64,000 nucleotides of DNA from NCBI GenBank assembly GCA_003693705.1, contig RBZT01000312.1, forward strand, positions 186,001-250,000, in the 5' to 3' direction. Under the pieces are notes generated by a model. That model saw only the letters and a list, made by a program, of their open reading frames with translations, was not told the origin of the DNA and made no database searches. Source of the stretch: Polymyxa betae A26-41 (Eukaryota; Protista; Endomyxa: Phytomyxea). The stretch's first letter is position 1. Each line of letters opens with the position of its first letter. Positions 24,315-37,690 of this stretch are shown here, piece after piece. The position numbers and the translations under genes were made by a program.

Positions 24315-27300
24315 CTATACTGAATTCAAGCCAACCTCTTTCAATCGCGCTTGAAGCTCTGAGATACGAACCTGATTTCTACTAATGATTTGTCTTGGAT
24401 TTTCGATAGGCGTTTGTGATGATTGCCCTGGTTGCACAGGTACCGCTTGAATCCCTTGCCGTTTTATATTCAGCTCCTTTCTAAGAGTGTTAATCTCCTT
24501 GATCAACTCGCTGTTTTGCTCCATGACGCGATGCGTTTCACGACTTCGCCGTTTGCTGTCGTTTTCAACGCTGCGCTTTAACCGATCGATTTCTCGACGC
24601 AGATACGTAGATTGCTTATTATACTCGGCTTCTATATCTGGCTCCCGATCAACCATAGTCGCATTGGCTTGCACATATGTTGCAACGAGCTGTGTGACGC
24701 CTTCCAGCATAGCGGCATCTTCCAAATGCACTACATGATCCAGATCGAACATCTGCCTTTCAGATTGAGCGCGAAGATGCTGTCCTTGATGCCTGGCTTC
24801 ATTTATGCTAGACTGGATTTCGTTTGTCTGCTTTTTGAGATCTTCAACCGCTTGCTTTAATGTCCCGTTATCAGAATGCAACAGTTCCAGCTCTTCATCC
24901 ATTTTCTCTTCTTGCTCTTGCATTTCTGAAATTTTGCATTCATGTGGTTCGATTTCTCGTTTGAGCTCTTTAATTTGATAATCTAATACAAACTTGTATT
25001 TCTCCATCTCTTGATTCTTTTTCTTCAGCTCGTAGATAGTGCGCTCCTTATCACCAATGGTAGCGTCAAGAGTGCTGATTTCAGATTTGTTTCGGTCAAT
25101 TTCTTGACGCAGCAATGTAATTTGCCCACGAACGGATTCTTCCTTTTCCGACATCATTTTCAGTTCTTCCTTCTGATCCTCAATATCATTAGAAAGACTA
25201 CTGAACCGTTTCTTCATTATTCCATTCTCGCCCTTTAATCGCAATGTAGTCTCACGTTCAGCAGCGAGTTGCTGATCGAACTTCTCCTTCAGCTCCTGAA
25301 TTTCAACATCAGTGTCTTGCTCCAACTGGCGTTTGGTCTCGTTAAATTCGCGAAGAATCGCTTCTTTCTCTTCCAGTAATCGTTCCACACGGTCCTTTTC
25401 TCGATGAAGCATCTCTTCTAATTCTACCTGCCTCTCATCCAATGCATCTTGATGCCTCTCATCTGCAATATGCATCTGACGATCCCATTCTTCTTCCTCT
25501 TTCTTCATCTCCAACTCCAATTCGTGGTAAGCTTCCACTTCTTTCATGATCTGTTCTTGGTGCTCTTGCTTTGCCAAAGCCAGTGTTGCCGCTTGCATTT
25601 CTTCCAACTTCTTCACTGCTTCTTCGTAATCCATTTCCATGTCCTGTTTTTCATCCTTCAACCTATCATAAATCTTCTTCTGTTCCTCGAGTGCCACCTG
25701 ACACGATTCTTTCACTTCTTTTAGTTTCTCGTTATGGCTCATTTCTTGCAAACGCAGCTGATACTCATTGTGTAGCGTCAGCTCGTCGACCTTGTTTTTC
25801 ATATCGTTTGTTAGTGTGGCTCTTTCCTCTAAATCAGACCTAGTAACTAACACTTCCTCGCTCCACGGTATCTGAGAAGCAGCGGACGACGAGCTACGCC
25901 CTTCTTGTTCTCTGACATCAAACACAGCAAGACAGCCATCTGCACCGGCAGAAAAAAGCATAGTATCATCACGAGAAAGCCGTAATCGATTAACGGCGGC
26001 TGAATGGCATTGATAATCCTGGCAGTGGCCTACCAAATGAGTTGGTCCTTAGAGACAAAATATGAGTGCAGCATTTACCTGTTAATGGGAACTTGAATGA
26101 ACGGACTTGACCTTGCTCAGTTCCAGCAAACAACATTCTCTCAACCGGGTGCGAAAGTATAATCTGGGTAAGAACGGTGCCAGCATCAACTTCCTTTTGG
26201 ACCGAAGAATCCGAGATTTCCTGATGTGGCTTTAGGAAACCTTTGAAAGATAATCACTGAATCTACCTTGAGAACACGATCATTTCCGACGGCATAGATT
26301 TTGCCATCATGGCTACAAACGGCTTGATAATACTTGCAGCCCTTCTGGACGTACTCCCGCTCACGCTGCCCAGACTTTGCTGAGAACTCATAGACAGCAC
26401 CATCAGAGCCACTTGTTATAACGGTCTGATCATCATGGGTCCACTGAATGGATGATACTCTGGGAGGCCACGTCTTATGAAGGCACTGTCAGATGCAACG
26501 TAAACGCTTACCTCTGATTATGACCTCGCAATGTGCTGATTAGATCGCATGTATAAGTTGAATACACCACTATCATGCTGCCATGGACGGCTGCGAACAT
26601 ATGCCCGCCAGACGAAAACTGGACTTCGCGACAGTTTTTCACGTTGATTTCTTTGCAAGGGCGGATATCGTCCATCAATAGATTCATCAGGCGAAGTTTA
26701 TCAGTGAAACCGATAACGAGCTGGAATCCCGTTGGATGAATAGCAACAGAAAGACATTGTTCGGTGAAATTTTTGACACACTCCATTGTTCGATCTAGGT
26801 AGTTCCAGACGCGAATGGTGCAATCGGCACCACAGGTGACGACGAGCGGTTTTCGGATGCAAACATCCATGCCTAGAATAGGACCCGAATGGAACGACTC
26901 CAACAAAGATTCAAATTTGATTTCATCCGGCTTTAGAATGTCGGTGTTGGCGAGTGATAGGAAATATGCTCGTGATGCCGATGTGGTAACTGCAAGCAGC
27001 TGTTCGGACGGATTCAATGCGATATTCTGGACATCAGCAGTCGTAGATTGCCGGACATGGAGTCGCTTACACGATGCTAATAGAGCCCCGTGCTCATTGT
27101 CAGATGAGACAAGGTCGAACAGAAACACGAGGCCATGCCGAGACCCGCACACCAAGCCATGATTGAATCCTGATAAACACAAGGCGCTGGCCTGTGATGT
27201 CGAATTTACTGAGCCCTCACCGACGTGGTAATGCTGGTGACTGACAGTTCCTGGTTCGACTCCGACCGTGTTCAGATTGATTGCTTGGACGAACGTTGAT

Positions 27301-28077
27301 CCCAGCGGACTGCAAACGAACACGATGCCCGCTTGTGTACCCAGTACGAGACTATCTTTAAGCCAAGCATGCGATATGAAGTCGTGTTGGCTGATGTCTT
27401 TGAAGTCGCTGGCGATCGGTTCGAATTGCATCGATGATGATAATCGATACAGAGAAATACGGCCATGCCCGATCACGACAACTAGAGTTGGGTCATATGT
27501 TGAGAAGCTACATTGATGCATTGCAGGAGAAGACGTCTGCATTGAATTAGGGGTCGCCAGTGAGCTGATGTCGTCCACGCCGGCTCCAGATGCTGATCTC
27601 ACTGAGTGCAAGGGGCGTATCTTTTCCCACATCCAGTTCGTCAAGAGATAATCGGGAGCAGCACCCAGTGTTAATAACAGTTTGCCATCCGGCGAGAACG
27701 ACATCCAAAGATACTGCATAATTTGACCTGACATTATTACCTAAACTTGATTTGTTTGAAATCTGAGGCCGATAGATCTATACCAAACAAACCTTCCTCT
27801 TCCGTAAGGTTTGCACGTCAAAGATTGTGATTATGGCACGATCAGAAGCTTCGGCAATGGCAACGAATCTTCTGTTAGGCGACAGAGCTAAAGTGGTGAT
27901 ACGGGACCCTTCGCTCCCAAAGATAAATCTTTGAGTTTTTTTCTCAACATTATAGATTACTACTGAGTGGCCAGCAGGATAGAGAACGACATTCTCGTCT
28001 ACGAAATGCAGATGAGAGAGGACCTCAGGGCTAAGACCCAGCGTATGCACATGGCTTAAGACAGGAGCTGACGCCAT
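24315..28077 (-). CDS. CFAP57: Cilia- and flagella-associated protein 57 (WDR65/FAP57), WD40 + coiled coil
   Basis: LYPAGHSVVIYN, FHSGPILGMDVCIRKPLVVTCG, LTLHNEYQLRL, LRLKGENGIMKKRF, IYELKKKNQEMEKYKFVLDYQIKELK. Confidence 0.93.
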
Positions 28078-28145
28078 TTCGGCCAGATCAGATCTGGCTC
28101 ATGTACCCTGAAGATCATGACGTGCAGCATTACTTCCAGCAATCT

Positions 28146-30560
28146 TTAGGAAAGAGCGTCCATCATAATCCGGTCGTTCTTATATCTGAGAATGCTGCAT
28201 TCAACGCGATTTGCAGCACCCATCAAATTAAACCTACCCATTTACGAGCATTTTATTTGCTGAGTCGATTTGCAATTGAGCGAGTAAGTTTTGGATTCGA
28301 TGTTGAAGGGCGACAATTTGTTCCTTTTCCAATGGCACGTAACCCGGGATACTATCTCCTTGCCTATGTCGTTTCTCTTTCTCCAAAAGAACTTCCAGCA
28401 AACCAATTTCTTCTTTATCGCCAATCACGGCATCGGGGAGTAATGGTCGAGGCGCTGGTAACTTCTTCCGATCTGGCATAGATAAAGCTTCAGGCAAGGC
28501 ATCACTCTCAGCACGGTGAATTTTTCGAATCCATGCTCGAACACAGGAGTTTGTCAACATTCTTCTTCGCACTTCAATTGCTGCCAAATTCCGCTCAGTC
28601 TTACGCCTGCAATGCTTGATGTACAGGATCCAAGCCCGAAACGCTTTTGATTGCAACGATATACTCCAGTGTTGCAGAGCAAATATCTGTAAACGTCGCC
28701 ATGATAATGCTCGATGCCATCGAATGAGAATATTAAAACATTTTCTATGCCGCCATAATCTTGTTACAACTCGAAAAGTTTTTCGCTTCTTCACGAATCC
28801 AAGCCAATGAAGGAAAGATTCTCGATAGGTTATAATTTTTGAAAGGCTCCGGCGCCTCTGCAGCCGTAACCAAGCAATCAGCAATGTCCTTCTTCGAAAA
28901 TTGTTTGCAGCTCTTAAATCATGCGCTAGCCTTAGCCAAAACGACAATAGTCGCTGCCTGTAGTGTAGCTGAGCAACCTGGGTTTTCTGTTTGCAATTAT
29001 GAAGATGAACGAACAGAGCTGTGAATGCATTTTTCCGCAACTTGTTGCGATCAAAAGAAATGGCTTTAAACAGTGATCGGTATTTTTTCAAAACCGAAAT
29101 GACTAAATTCCTCTGGGATAGTGAACGAATGATGAAAGTAATTCGTCGCGTACGATCTACAAACGATTTCCACTCTTGAAAGAATGGCAAAAGCAATCTT
29201 CGACGCCAGCAAGCTGTAATTGATGCATTCACACGCCAACAGCGGAAAAAATGACGTTTTTTAACGTCAAACCATGCGAAGTTGCAACGCCACTCATACA
29301 GGTAATTAGACAGAATTCGACGATCATCGAACGCCCTGGCCTTCAGAATGACATTAAACTAAACCGATTGAAAACTGTTCATAGGTTACCTTCGATAACG
29401 AATAGTCCCATCGCCACGCGATATATACTTTTTGCTGCAATCGCAATTAGCAAGTCAGGTAACATTTTTGACAGCCGGTGATGTACTTTGAGCGCAGAAC
29501 GGTAATGTTGAGTTGAAGACATCTCAGCTATCCTTCTTGCAGATCGTACGCGATAAAGACGAACCCATTTGCGAAGAAATGATCTCAACGGATAGGAAGA
29601 TTGAATACTCTAACAGCGCTTTCAGCCAGACCAATCATGGAAAAGCAGAAAATACCTGAATCCTCTTGAACCGTAACCAAGGATAGAATACTTTCTTCCA
29701 GACTACACAGTTATCAAACCGGATAGCTGTCGAGATCAACTTGTTCCGCCGCTTCTGGATTTCTAGAAAACGAGACTCCCAGGCGATCCAATATCCCAAC
29801 AGGAACATTTTCCTAGAGGTTTTTAACGCCGATCGCCATCGCTTTAGAATCCTTCGCTAAATATGATGTCAATTTGCTTACGTTAGAAAGTCAGTATAAA
29901 TTTACAGTCAGGAAGCTTTGGCGATACTTCTGTACAGATGATTTGGAAAGACGAGTTTGATAAAGCCAATGTTTAACAGCTGGTCGTAAATGCAGCTTGG
30001 CTTCCAACCGGGATCTCCATCTGCCAAATGCAATCTGGCGGCGATACTTAAAAATGCACACTCTAACAGAGGGCTTTGATCCTCGGCGAGCAGATCGCCC
30101 TATCACAGGATTAATCGCATGACGATGCCTTTTCCTTTCACCCACGAGCTAGATACGATCTCCAAGCCGTCCAGGCTCGTATTAGAGAACGCCGATAATA
30201 ATCGCGTCGCTGCTGGGCGGCCGAAATCCATCGCTTCCAATAAGTCACTAAAAGGGCCATACAATGCCACGATCCAGCTTGCTTATAGGTCCGATGCTTA
30301 AGCACATATCGACGCCATATAGAAATGGCATGCAAACGTTTTTGTTGATTCGCTTGCCTAGCCTGCACCCATCTCCGGTTCACGATTCTTAGAAGCCGGT
30401 GCTGGCATGAAGCCGTCTGGAACGTCTCGAGAAATTGCAGTTTCTTCGCCTTCGAGGTGACATCCCGCCATTTCCGTATAGCATAGCACTCAGCAAATGA
30501 ATGCTGTCTAACGGCCATACTAATGAGGCGATATGGCCAAGTATCGTAAACGTGTCTCAT
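28146..30560 (-). CDS. SFI1-like centrin-binding repeat protein (multi-exon)
   Basis: Periodic basic helical repeats ending L..F..W[KR] (LLLPFFQEWK, SKAFRAWIL, LIRAWTAWR, LRSFLRKWV). Confidence 0.7.
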
Positions 30561-30633
30561 CCTGGCTTTGGCAGAGCCAAGCGGCCCCAGGCGCAGCCAG
30601 CCATCAGTCCATTATTCACTTGTTTGCGGCAAG

Positions 30634-32285
30634 ATGGTCGTGACCATTGTAGGCGCTGGTCTGACCGGCTCCATGCTGGCCATCTTATTGGCAGAATATG
30701 GAGAGAAAATCGTCATCATGGAAAAGAGAAACCAGGAGCCAGAAGATGAATTTATCGACTGCAGAGAAACGGCGCATCTTGTCAATCCGAACAAAAGGTG
30801 GGCCTGGCGACAGCTGCTTTGACGCTATGTTAAAATCGGATAAGGTCGATCAATTTAGCACTATCGTTCAGAGGAATCGCCGCTCTGAAGAAGGCTGGTC
30901 TTTTTGAGAAAGTTCGGCCGCTACTAGTTACGATGGAAGGACGCTGTGTGCATCCCCTTAATAGTCCCGTCAATGTCCAACCATACGGTCACGAAGGACA
31001 AGTATTGCTAATCAGATCGAACAGAACTTTTCATATAATATGTTTTAGGCTATTTATTCTGTTGCCAGATCAGACATGAACTCGTTTTTATTGGAACATA
31101 TGAAATCTCTTATGAATGTATCGATTCGCTTCGGATGTATTTCTGAACGAGTATCTTCTGATGGGGAAGTTATTTTCGTCGATAATGGCCATCGGCAAGC
31201 AATGCCTTCAGATTTGATTATCGGCGCTGATGGAGCATTCTCTTCTGTTCGGGATTCGCTATTAAAATGCTCGCGAATCAACGTCGAACATCAATCGCTT
31301 TCTGTTGGGTATAAAGAATTCATTCTGCCGGCCACGTCTTCTGGATCGTATGCTCTCCCATATCCAAATGCACTGCATGTCTGGCCTCGGCATTTACTTG
31401 GTATGCTGGTGGCGTTGCCCAATTTCGACGGGTCGTTTACATGTACATTGTTTATCCCCTGGGATGGACCAAGAGGACTAGATGCTTTGGATAAAGCTAG
31501 TGATGAGCAAGTATTTCACTATTTTCAGGAGCTATTCCCTGACATCTGCGATCTCGTCCCAGATTTAATCGACCAGTTTCGATGTAGCCCCTCAAGCCCA
31601 TTATTGACGGTGAAAACCAATCCTTGGAATTGGGTACTGCTATTGCGAAACCAATTTGGTGGGCTTACGATAAGTAGGGGAAAGTTGTACTTCTTGGTGA
31701 CGCTGCTCATGCTGTGGTCCCTTTCTATGGGCAAGGGATGAATGCTGGATTTGAAGATGCATTACTGTTTCAAGAAATTTGGGATGTAAGGGCATCAGCT
31801 CAATGCTGTCTCTGTACTGATCAGTTCCAGGAGCAAAGAGGGGATATTTCCAGAATATTAACCGAATTCAATAAGCGTAGGCAACCTGGAGGAATTGCAT
31901 TGGCTGATTTATCTTTGAGGAATTTCCACGAGGTAATTCCATCCATCTAAAAATTCAAGGGTTGTTTAGTAGTGATTTAGATGAGTTGCCTAACCGTCCA
32001 CAGAACATTTCGCTGGAAGAAGCGTCTTGAAAGTGTCAGTTTTTCGTTAACTATTGCAAAACAATTCTAAATTGCACTGTTTAGGCCCTCTCTCACTACT
32101 TTCCAAATCTCTGGATCCCGTTGTATACGATGGTTAGCTTTACACGCATGCCTTACGAAAAAGCTACACGCCGAGCGAGACTTCAAAATAAGATCTTGTA
32201 CTCAGTGCTGGGATCATGTTCACTTCTTCTGTCAGTATCGGTTGGTGCATTAATACTTCGATACAGGAGAATGCGTTTCGAATAA
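30634..32285 (+). CDS. KMO: Kynurenine 3-monooxygenase (multi-exon)
   Basis: IVGAGLTGS, spliced [73 protein letters not shown]-terminal hydrophobic anchor. Confidence 0.93.
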
Positions 32286-32378
32286 TAGTCTAGATATGCT
32301 TATTCTATTATTAACAAGCTTGTTAAAAAGTGTACTTGATTCTATCCAAAAATAAAAATATCTGTTCTAGCTAACAAT

Positions 32379-35300
32379 ATGGATAACAGTTTGCGGGCAC
32401 GGTTGGATGAACTAGTCGGCCAACCTGTAGATGTGGCGTATTCTCTCGCTGTTCAGAAGATCAACAAGTATGGGAAGCTTCAGCGTCGAATCATCGTTTT
32501 GGGGAATTATAGCATTTTTACATTAAAACTATCTGGGAATGGATCCAGAAAGAAAGTCTCTATCCAACGGCAAGACCATCTCTATCATTTGCTTGAAGTC
32601 AAAGTCACAGATCAAGAGGTGCGGTTGGAATACATGACGTTCTGAATCCGACAGGCTGATTCTCTGGTTCAGATCGCAATGTTCTTTCCTGATTTCCAGT
32701 TACGAGTAGTCGCTGAACTTGGGACTGCGCTGGAGCTCATAAGGAATTTATATAAAGAATATTGCAAGCTAACAAACTCCTGTACTGATGGATCTGTTGC
32801 CAAATTTTCAGGTAATTTGAGAAGTAAACGTTCAACACCATTGCCAATGTCCTATCCAGGGAAATTCTCAACCGACTATATCTCGTCAGCAACACTATTG
32901 AAAAGTATTCAGATCCGTATGTCAACCAACAACATTTGTAATTGCCAAACTTTGACAATACGGCAGATATGTCGGATTCGGCGGCGTTCTCTTACAGGTT
33001 TAATGGGGCATGTAAATTATTCGATGCCAAGCCTACCTACGAGGCTAGAATGAACCTATTAGCTGCTTATACAGCCGCTGCCAATGCCGATCGTGACTCA
33101 GAGCGCGTCCTGTATATGACCCCCGAACGATACCCGAATCTGGATTTACCCATAATCCAGGCGCTATTCAAAGCACTCTTCTACGGAATGCCATTTGTTA
33201 AAGTCGGTCGCGTCATCATTTCATGATCAGCGCCGCTCAGCAACCTCAATCAGGTGCTCATACATAATATCGCTCTGAAAGATGCCGGTACGATCACAGC
33301 ATTAGAAGCCATCGCTCGATTCCCAATCGCTCGCATTCTCGAGATGCGCAAGGTGGGCGCCACGATCGCCAGCGTCCCTGCCCTGCGAAGGTTCATACCG
33401 GCCCAGCGCTCCCCTGTTCGCTCATCTTGTTGACTGTAGTGCTCTAATGCGACCCAGCGGATTCGACTCGTTCGACATCTCAGGAAATGAGTTGGAAGGT
33501 AACGGACGTTACCACGATGTGGAGGCGCTGAACACGTTCTGGTGACAGATGACGGGATGCTGGTGATCGCAGATGTTCTTACTGCCTGGACGACGCCATT
33601 GGAGTTGCTGTCGGTGGCCCGACTGCGTTCGATGCAGCTGGGCACGGGTCGGTTCGCTGCCGCCATCTTAGACAACATCGCTCTACGTCGATCGCTGAAA
33701 TCGCTCGGTATCGATTGACTTTTAGATGATCGTCAATAATCTCAACTTCATGATAGATTTATCGGGAAATGTACTCGGTACGGCTGCCGGTGATAACTTG
33801 CAGAAGTATTTGGAGTCGCCAGACTGTGCTCTGCAACGCATCATCCTCTGCAACTGCCAGATTGGTGGTGAAGCCTCGGTCTTGGTGGCAGCGGCTCGTT
33901 GCCCGACCATGGTGGAGATGAACGTGGCCAGAAATCCCTTCTCGGACGCCGCTAGTCTCAACCTCTGCGATGCGATCGCATCCAGCTCCAGCCTGCGTCA
34001 TATCGACATCTCATTCCTGAAGCTGGCACCGCGAGTCATCGAAGCCATCGTGGCGGCGACGTTTCGATCCGATAACAAAGAAAATATGACCATAATCTTG
34101 AACGGCAACGATCTCGGCGAGGAGGTCGGAGCCAAAATCGCCTCGATTTTGAGCGGCTGTGACAGCATCCGCGAACTGCACCTGGACAATTGCGAACTGG
34201 GCCAGTACAGCGTCATGCTGGTCCTGAAATGTCTGACCGGCAGAAAGATCGTCAAGCTGACTGTCGCCGGGAATATCGTTGATGGCGAGCAGCGTTCAAA
34301 GACGGAGGTGGACACGATGGCAGAGACGTTGGGGGCGTTCATCTGCGAGACGAAGACGATTGAGGAGCTGTCCATCGCTGATAACGGGACGGCGCGGGCC
34401 GCCATCAACGTCCTGCCCATGGTGGAGATGATGAAGCAGGGTCATGGCAAAATGCTCAAGACGCTGGACGTCCAGGGCAACGCTTTAGGAGATGAAGGTA
34501 TCGCCGCCCTTGCCGAACATCTGGCCCAGAACAACACGCTGCATTCTCTGTTTCTTGATCACAACAATATCAAGGTATTCGTCGAATTATTTGCAAAGCA
34601 TTTTCGTGTTGAAGTTGATATCGTTAGCTGCGAGGATTCGAAGCGTTAGCGCGCGCCCTCGAGACGAATGTCTCGATTGTCAATATGCCGTTCCCCTCTC
34701 GAGACTACAAGTGCGCCCTGCACATGATCGGGACGAATCAGGTGAGAGTTTTGATCCATTATTAGGACAAGAAACCAGTTAACGAGAGCATGTTAGGATG
34801 ACCTAAAGAATATCCCGAACTTGATCGAATCGAAAATCGTTCGGAATCGAAATATTCTGGCGCCTGGTCATCAGAATCATAAAACGCCATGGTAGCAGGT
34901 CGGAGCTAATCACAAAAATGACAGCAGAAAATCGAATAAAAGCCCACCGCTCTCATTATTTCAGAAGCCCTATTGTAATTTCAGTTATCGGCCTGCGATA
35001 TGCAGCTACCAACGATGTCCGTCCGAGCAAAATCGTTCGGTTGATCGATGGGAATTACGGTCTCCGTCACGGTATCCGGACGCAACCCGCACGATCTAGG
35101 CTTCGAGCGCCGATGGCATTGTCGGCGTGCACAATCCCAATTCTCTCTCTTGCACGAACACCATTTCGGAGACGATGATTGTAGAGGCCTTCCTCTTCAC
35201 GATCCCATTGATGAGTTAGCGATCACCGCACCGACCGTAATACTGATCCCGTCTCAGCTTCTCAAATGACTGATCTCTTGTCGTCAGATCGCCAGTTGCT

Positions 35301-35731
35301 GAGTCCCGATAGCGAGTCTTGGAGCGATTGAATGACAAAGCCTCTAACATTGCAATTCTTGCTTCTCCAATCATCGATGATGATGAAGATGCTCAGCTGG
35401 GGAACCTGGAACAACATTCGGTCATGTCGTGTAGATCAGGATCAAACATAACAACAGAAGAATCGGCAGGAATCTGCGAACCAGATTCTGGATTGTAAGC
35501 TTCTAAACAGCGCTCGCTCCAACTTTCGAGGTAAATGATCGATTGAAGATGAAACTTCAAAGACCTGATTTCCACAATCCAGATATCGAGCTAGCTGAAG
35601 GCACGAATGAGCGACTCCTTCCTCTAGAGAATCCTCTCTTTCGAAGGTTGTCCGTTAACGAGGCGGAATCTAGACGTCGTTTCATCGGCGGTGCCGCAAG
35701 AGAAAACAGCACGTTTAGCCTTATCGGCTAG
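32379..35731 (+). CDS. CARMIL-like PH + RI-type LRR protein (multi-exon)
   Basis: N-terminal PH-like segment (VQKINKYGKLQRRIIVLGNYSIF...HLYHLLEV) followed by RI-type LRRs (LDVQGNALGDEGIAALAEHLAQNNTLHSLFLDHNNI). The 3' end is uncertain. Confidence 0.55.
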
Positions 35732-36356
35732 AGAATTAGAGCCAGTAGATCGCCGGGACATTGCTGCCAATGTTAGGACATTCGCCGGTCGGCCTTAATT
35801 ACTCTGCTTTGATTGTAAAGCTGTTAAAGCTTTATGGAAGGGACTGGTAGCTTATGCGTAGACGAATGTCTAAACCCTGTCTGAGCATTCTCCTTAATTC
35901 CTATTTGTAAGTATTGCTAGCATCGGCTGCAATGTTATTATCTAACCTAAGCCATTTCAAGCGTCTTCGACAACTCGAAGATCGTTTGTCGCGTTCACGA
36001 ATGACAGATAATCGGGCGCGGCATCGCGTTTATTCATTAGCTTGAGAAGAAGCAAATCTTGATCCATGTACCCGCCATTCGATGGTCGGAAGTGTGAATC
36101 AGATATGGCGCTCCTATGTGACTCACTTGTCGTGACACATACGATGGGAGTCAGACTTGGGCGGCAAACCCTAGCGTCACTCCGGTCCTGTCAAATCAGC
36201 CGACTGCGCGGTTTTCGAATCACTCTCTCATTCGTTAAAGAAGTGCGCTCTCTCGCTCCTACGGTAGGACAAGACCCTCGCGGAGTCCGCATTCGGTTTT
36301 CAACGACTATCGGGGCCAATATAGTTACTGTGTGAGTCCGCGGGTATCGCTCCATC

Positions 36357-37307
36357 ATGACGGACAATACTAACCTCGATGCCATGGCCAGCGGTGGCTC
36401 GCCTCACATTTCGTCCGCCACTGCATTGGGAACGGACCACGGCGGCGGCTTTGAAATTCCCTTCGCAAAACGCCAGCGGGAGGACGCTTGCGACGAATCT
36501 GCCGCTAAAAAAGGCAAGATGGATATGAACAGCGACTCCGAGTTGCTTAAAGAGGATGCTGCGGCCCCCCAGGCCGATTTTAACAAGGGCTCCTGTCATC
36601 AGTGCAAATCGCGCCGTGCTATTGGCGATCTGATTTTCTGTACTAATATTGTCGATAAGAAGAACAAGCACTGCCGGAAGAAGTATTGTGAAGGCTGCTT
36701 AAAAAAGTTCTATAAGGAAGATGTCAGTGATCCTTCGCAGAGGACCAATTGGTCCTGCCCTTCCTGTCGTAAGATGTGTTGCTGCGCTGCCTGTCGAAGG
36801 CGTCGTGATCCTAAGGAAGCGTCGTCCCAAGTGGCTGCTCATCAGATGCCTAACGATCAGCCAATGATGCAATCGTTAGGTGGCCAGATGATGCAACCGA
36901 ACTTTCCTCCATTCGAATCCTCTGGAATCTTTTCGTCGTTAATACGGGAACCATCTGGTGGTACACCGATTTCTTACATGGCTAACAATATGAGCGCATT
37001 TCAGCCCCAATTGCCCCAAGAGCATCCTCTGTTTAGCAGCCAAGGAAGCTCGACTGGCGGCGTCGCTCAAAGCTCATCATTCGCCATGCTTTATGCTGTG
37101 GCGCAGATGCCTCATGTCCGAGATCAGATCAAGCAGATTCTAGACCGATCTGATTTGACCGACGAGGAGAAGGTCGAATCTATTGCCGCCCTATTACGTC
37201 GAGCCGTCGTTGGCGACGAGAACGCAGATGGCAATGGTCAACAGCAATCGGATGACCCCGCGACGTGTGATGAGACAACGAACGAGTTTGGCAACGAAGA
37301 GGCTTGA
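36357..37307 (+). CDS. zf-4CXXC_R1 zinc-finger protein (CDCA7-related finger), intronless CDS
   Basis: SCHQCK...C..C.KKYCEGCL...WSCPSCRKMCCCAACR, with basic NLS-like stretch and Q/P/M-rich region. Confidence 0.8.
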   Translation: MTDNTNLDAMASGGSPHISSATALGTDHGGGFEIPFAKRQREDACDESAAKKGKMDMNSDSELLKEDAAAPQADFNKGSCHQCKSRRAIGDLIFCTNIVDKKNKHCRKKYCEGCLKKFYKEDVSDPSQRTNWSCPSCRKMCCCAACRRRRDPKEASSQVAAHQMPNDQPMMQSLGGQMMQPNFPPFESSGIFSSLIREPSGGTPISYMANNMSAFQPQLPQEHPLFSSQGSSTGGVAQSSSFAMLYAVAQMPHVRDQIKQILDRSDLTDEEKVESIAALLRRAVVGDENADGNGQQQSDDPATCDETTNEFGNEEA

Positions 37308-37690
37308 ATGGTATATTCATCGATTGGTCGTTTTGATCGATTGACAGAGAGCTAGTGCTTGCTTGCCATTCGTTATCCGTGTCTTTCATCTATCGATCAT
37401 TAAAACTCTGCATTATAATTATGATATCAAATTTTGGCTTCCTCTTGATGTCATATTCTGCTTCTTTTTGGTCAATTTCAAATCAAACCTTGTCTGCTTA
37501 AGTGCTGCATTGTGAGTACTTTTGGCGTAGCTGGGAACTTAATATCTAAACGCGGTCATTCCGGTTTGAGTAATTTTGCGAGAACGAAATGAATAAGAGT
37601 AGTTTTTTCTAAATGAATACAGAACTCAAGGGCTTGTAAAATAGGTTTATTTTGTTTCGAAACAATTGACGACCATGTATAGTTACAAGG

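Noticed and set aside
36066-36335. 89-aa ATG ORF just upstream of the zinc-finger gene
   Set aside because: No protein features; cannot be told from chance without TSS data.
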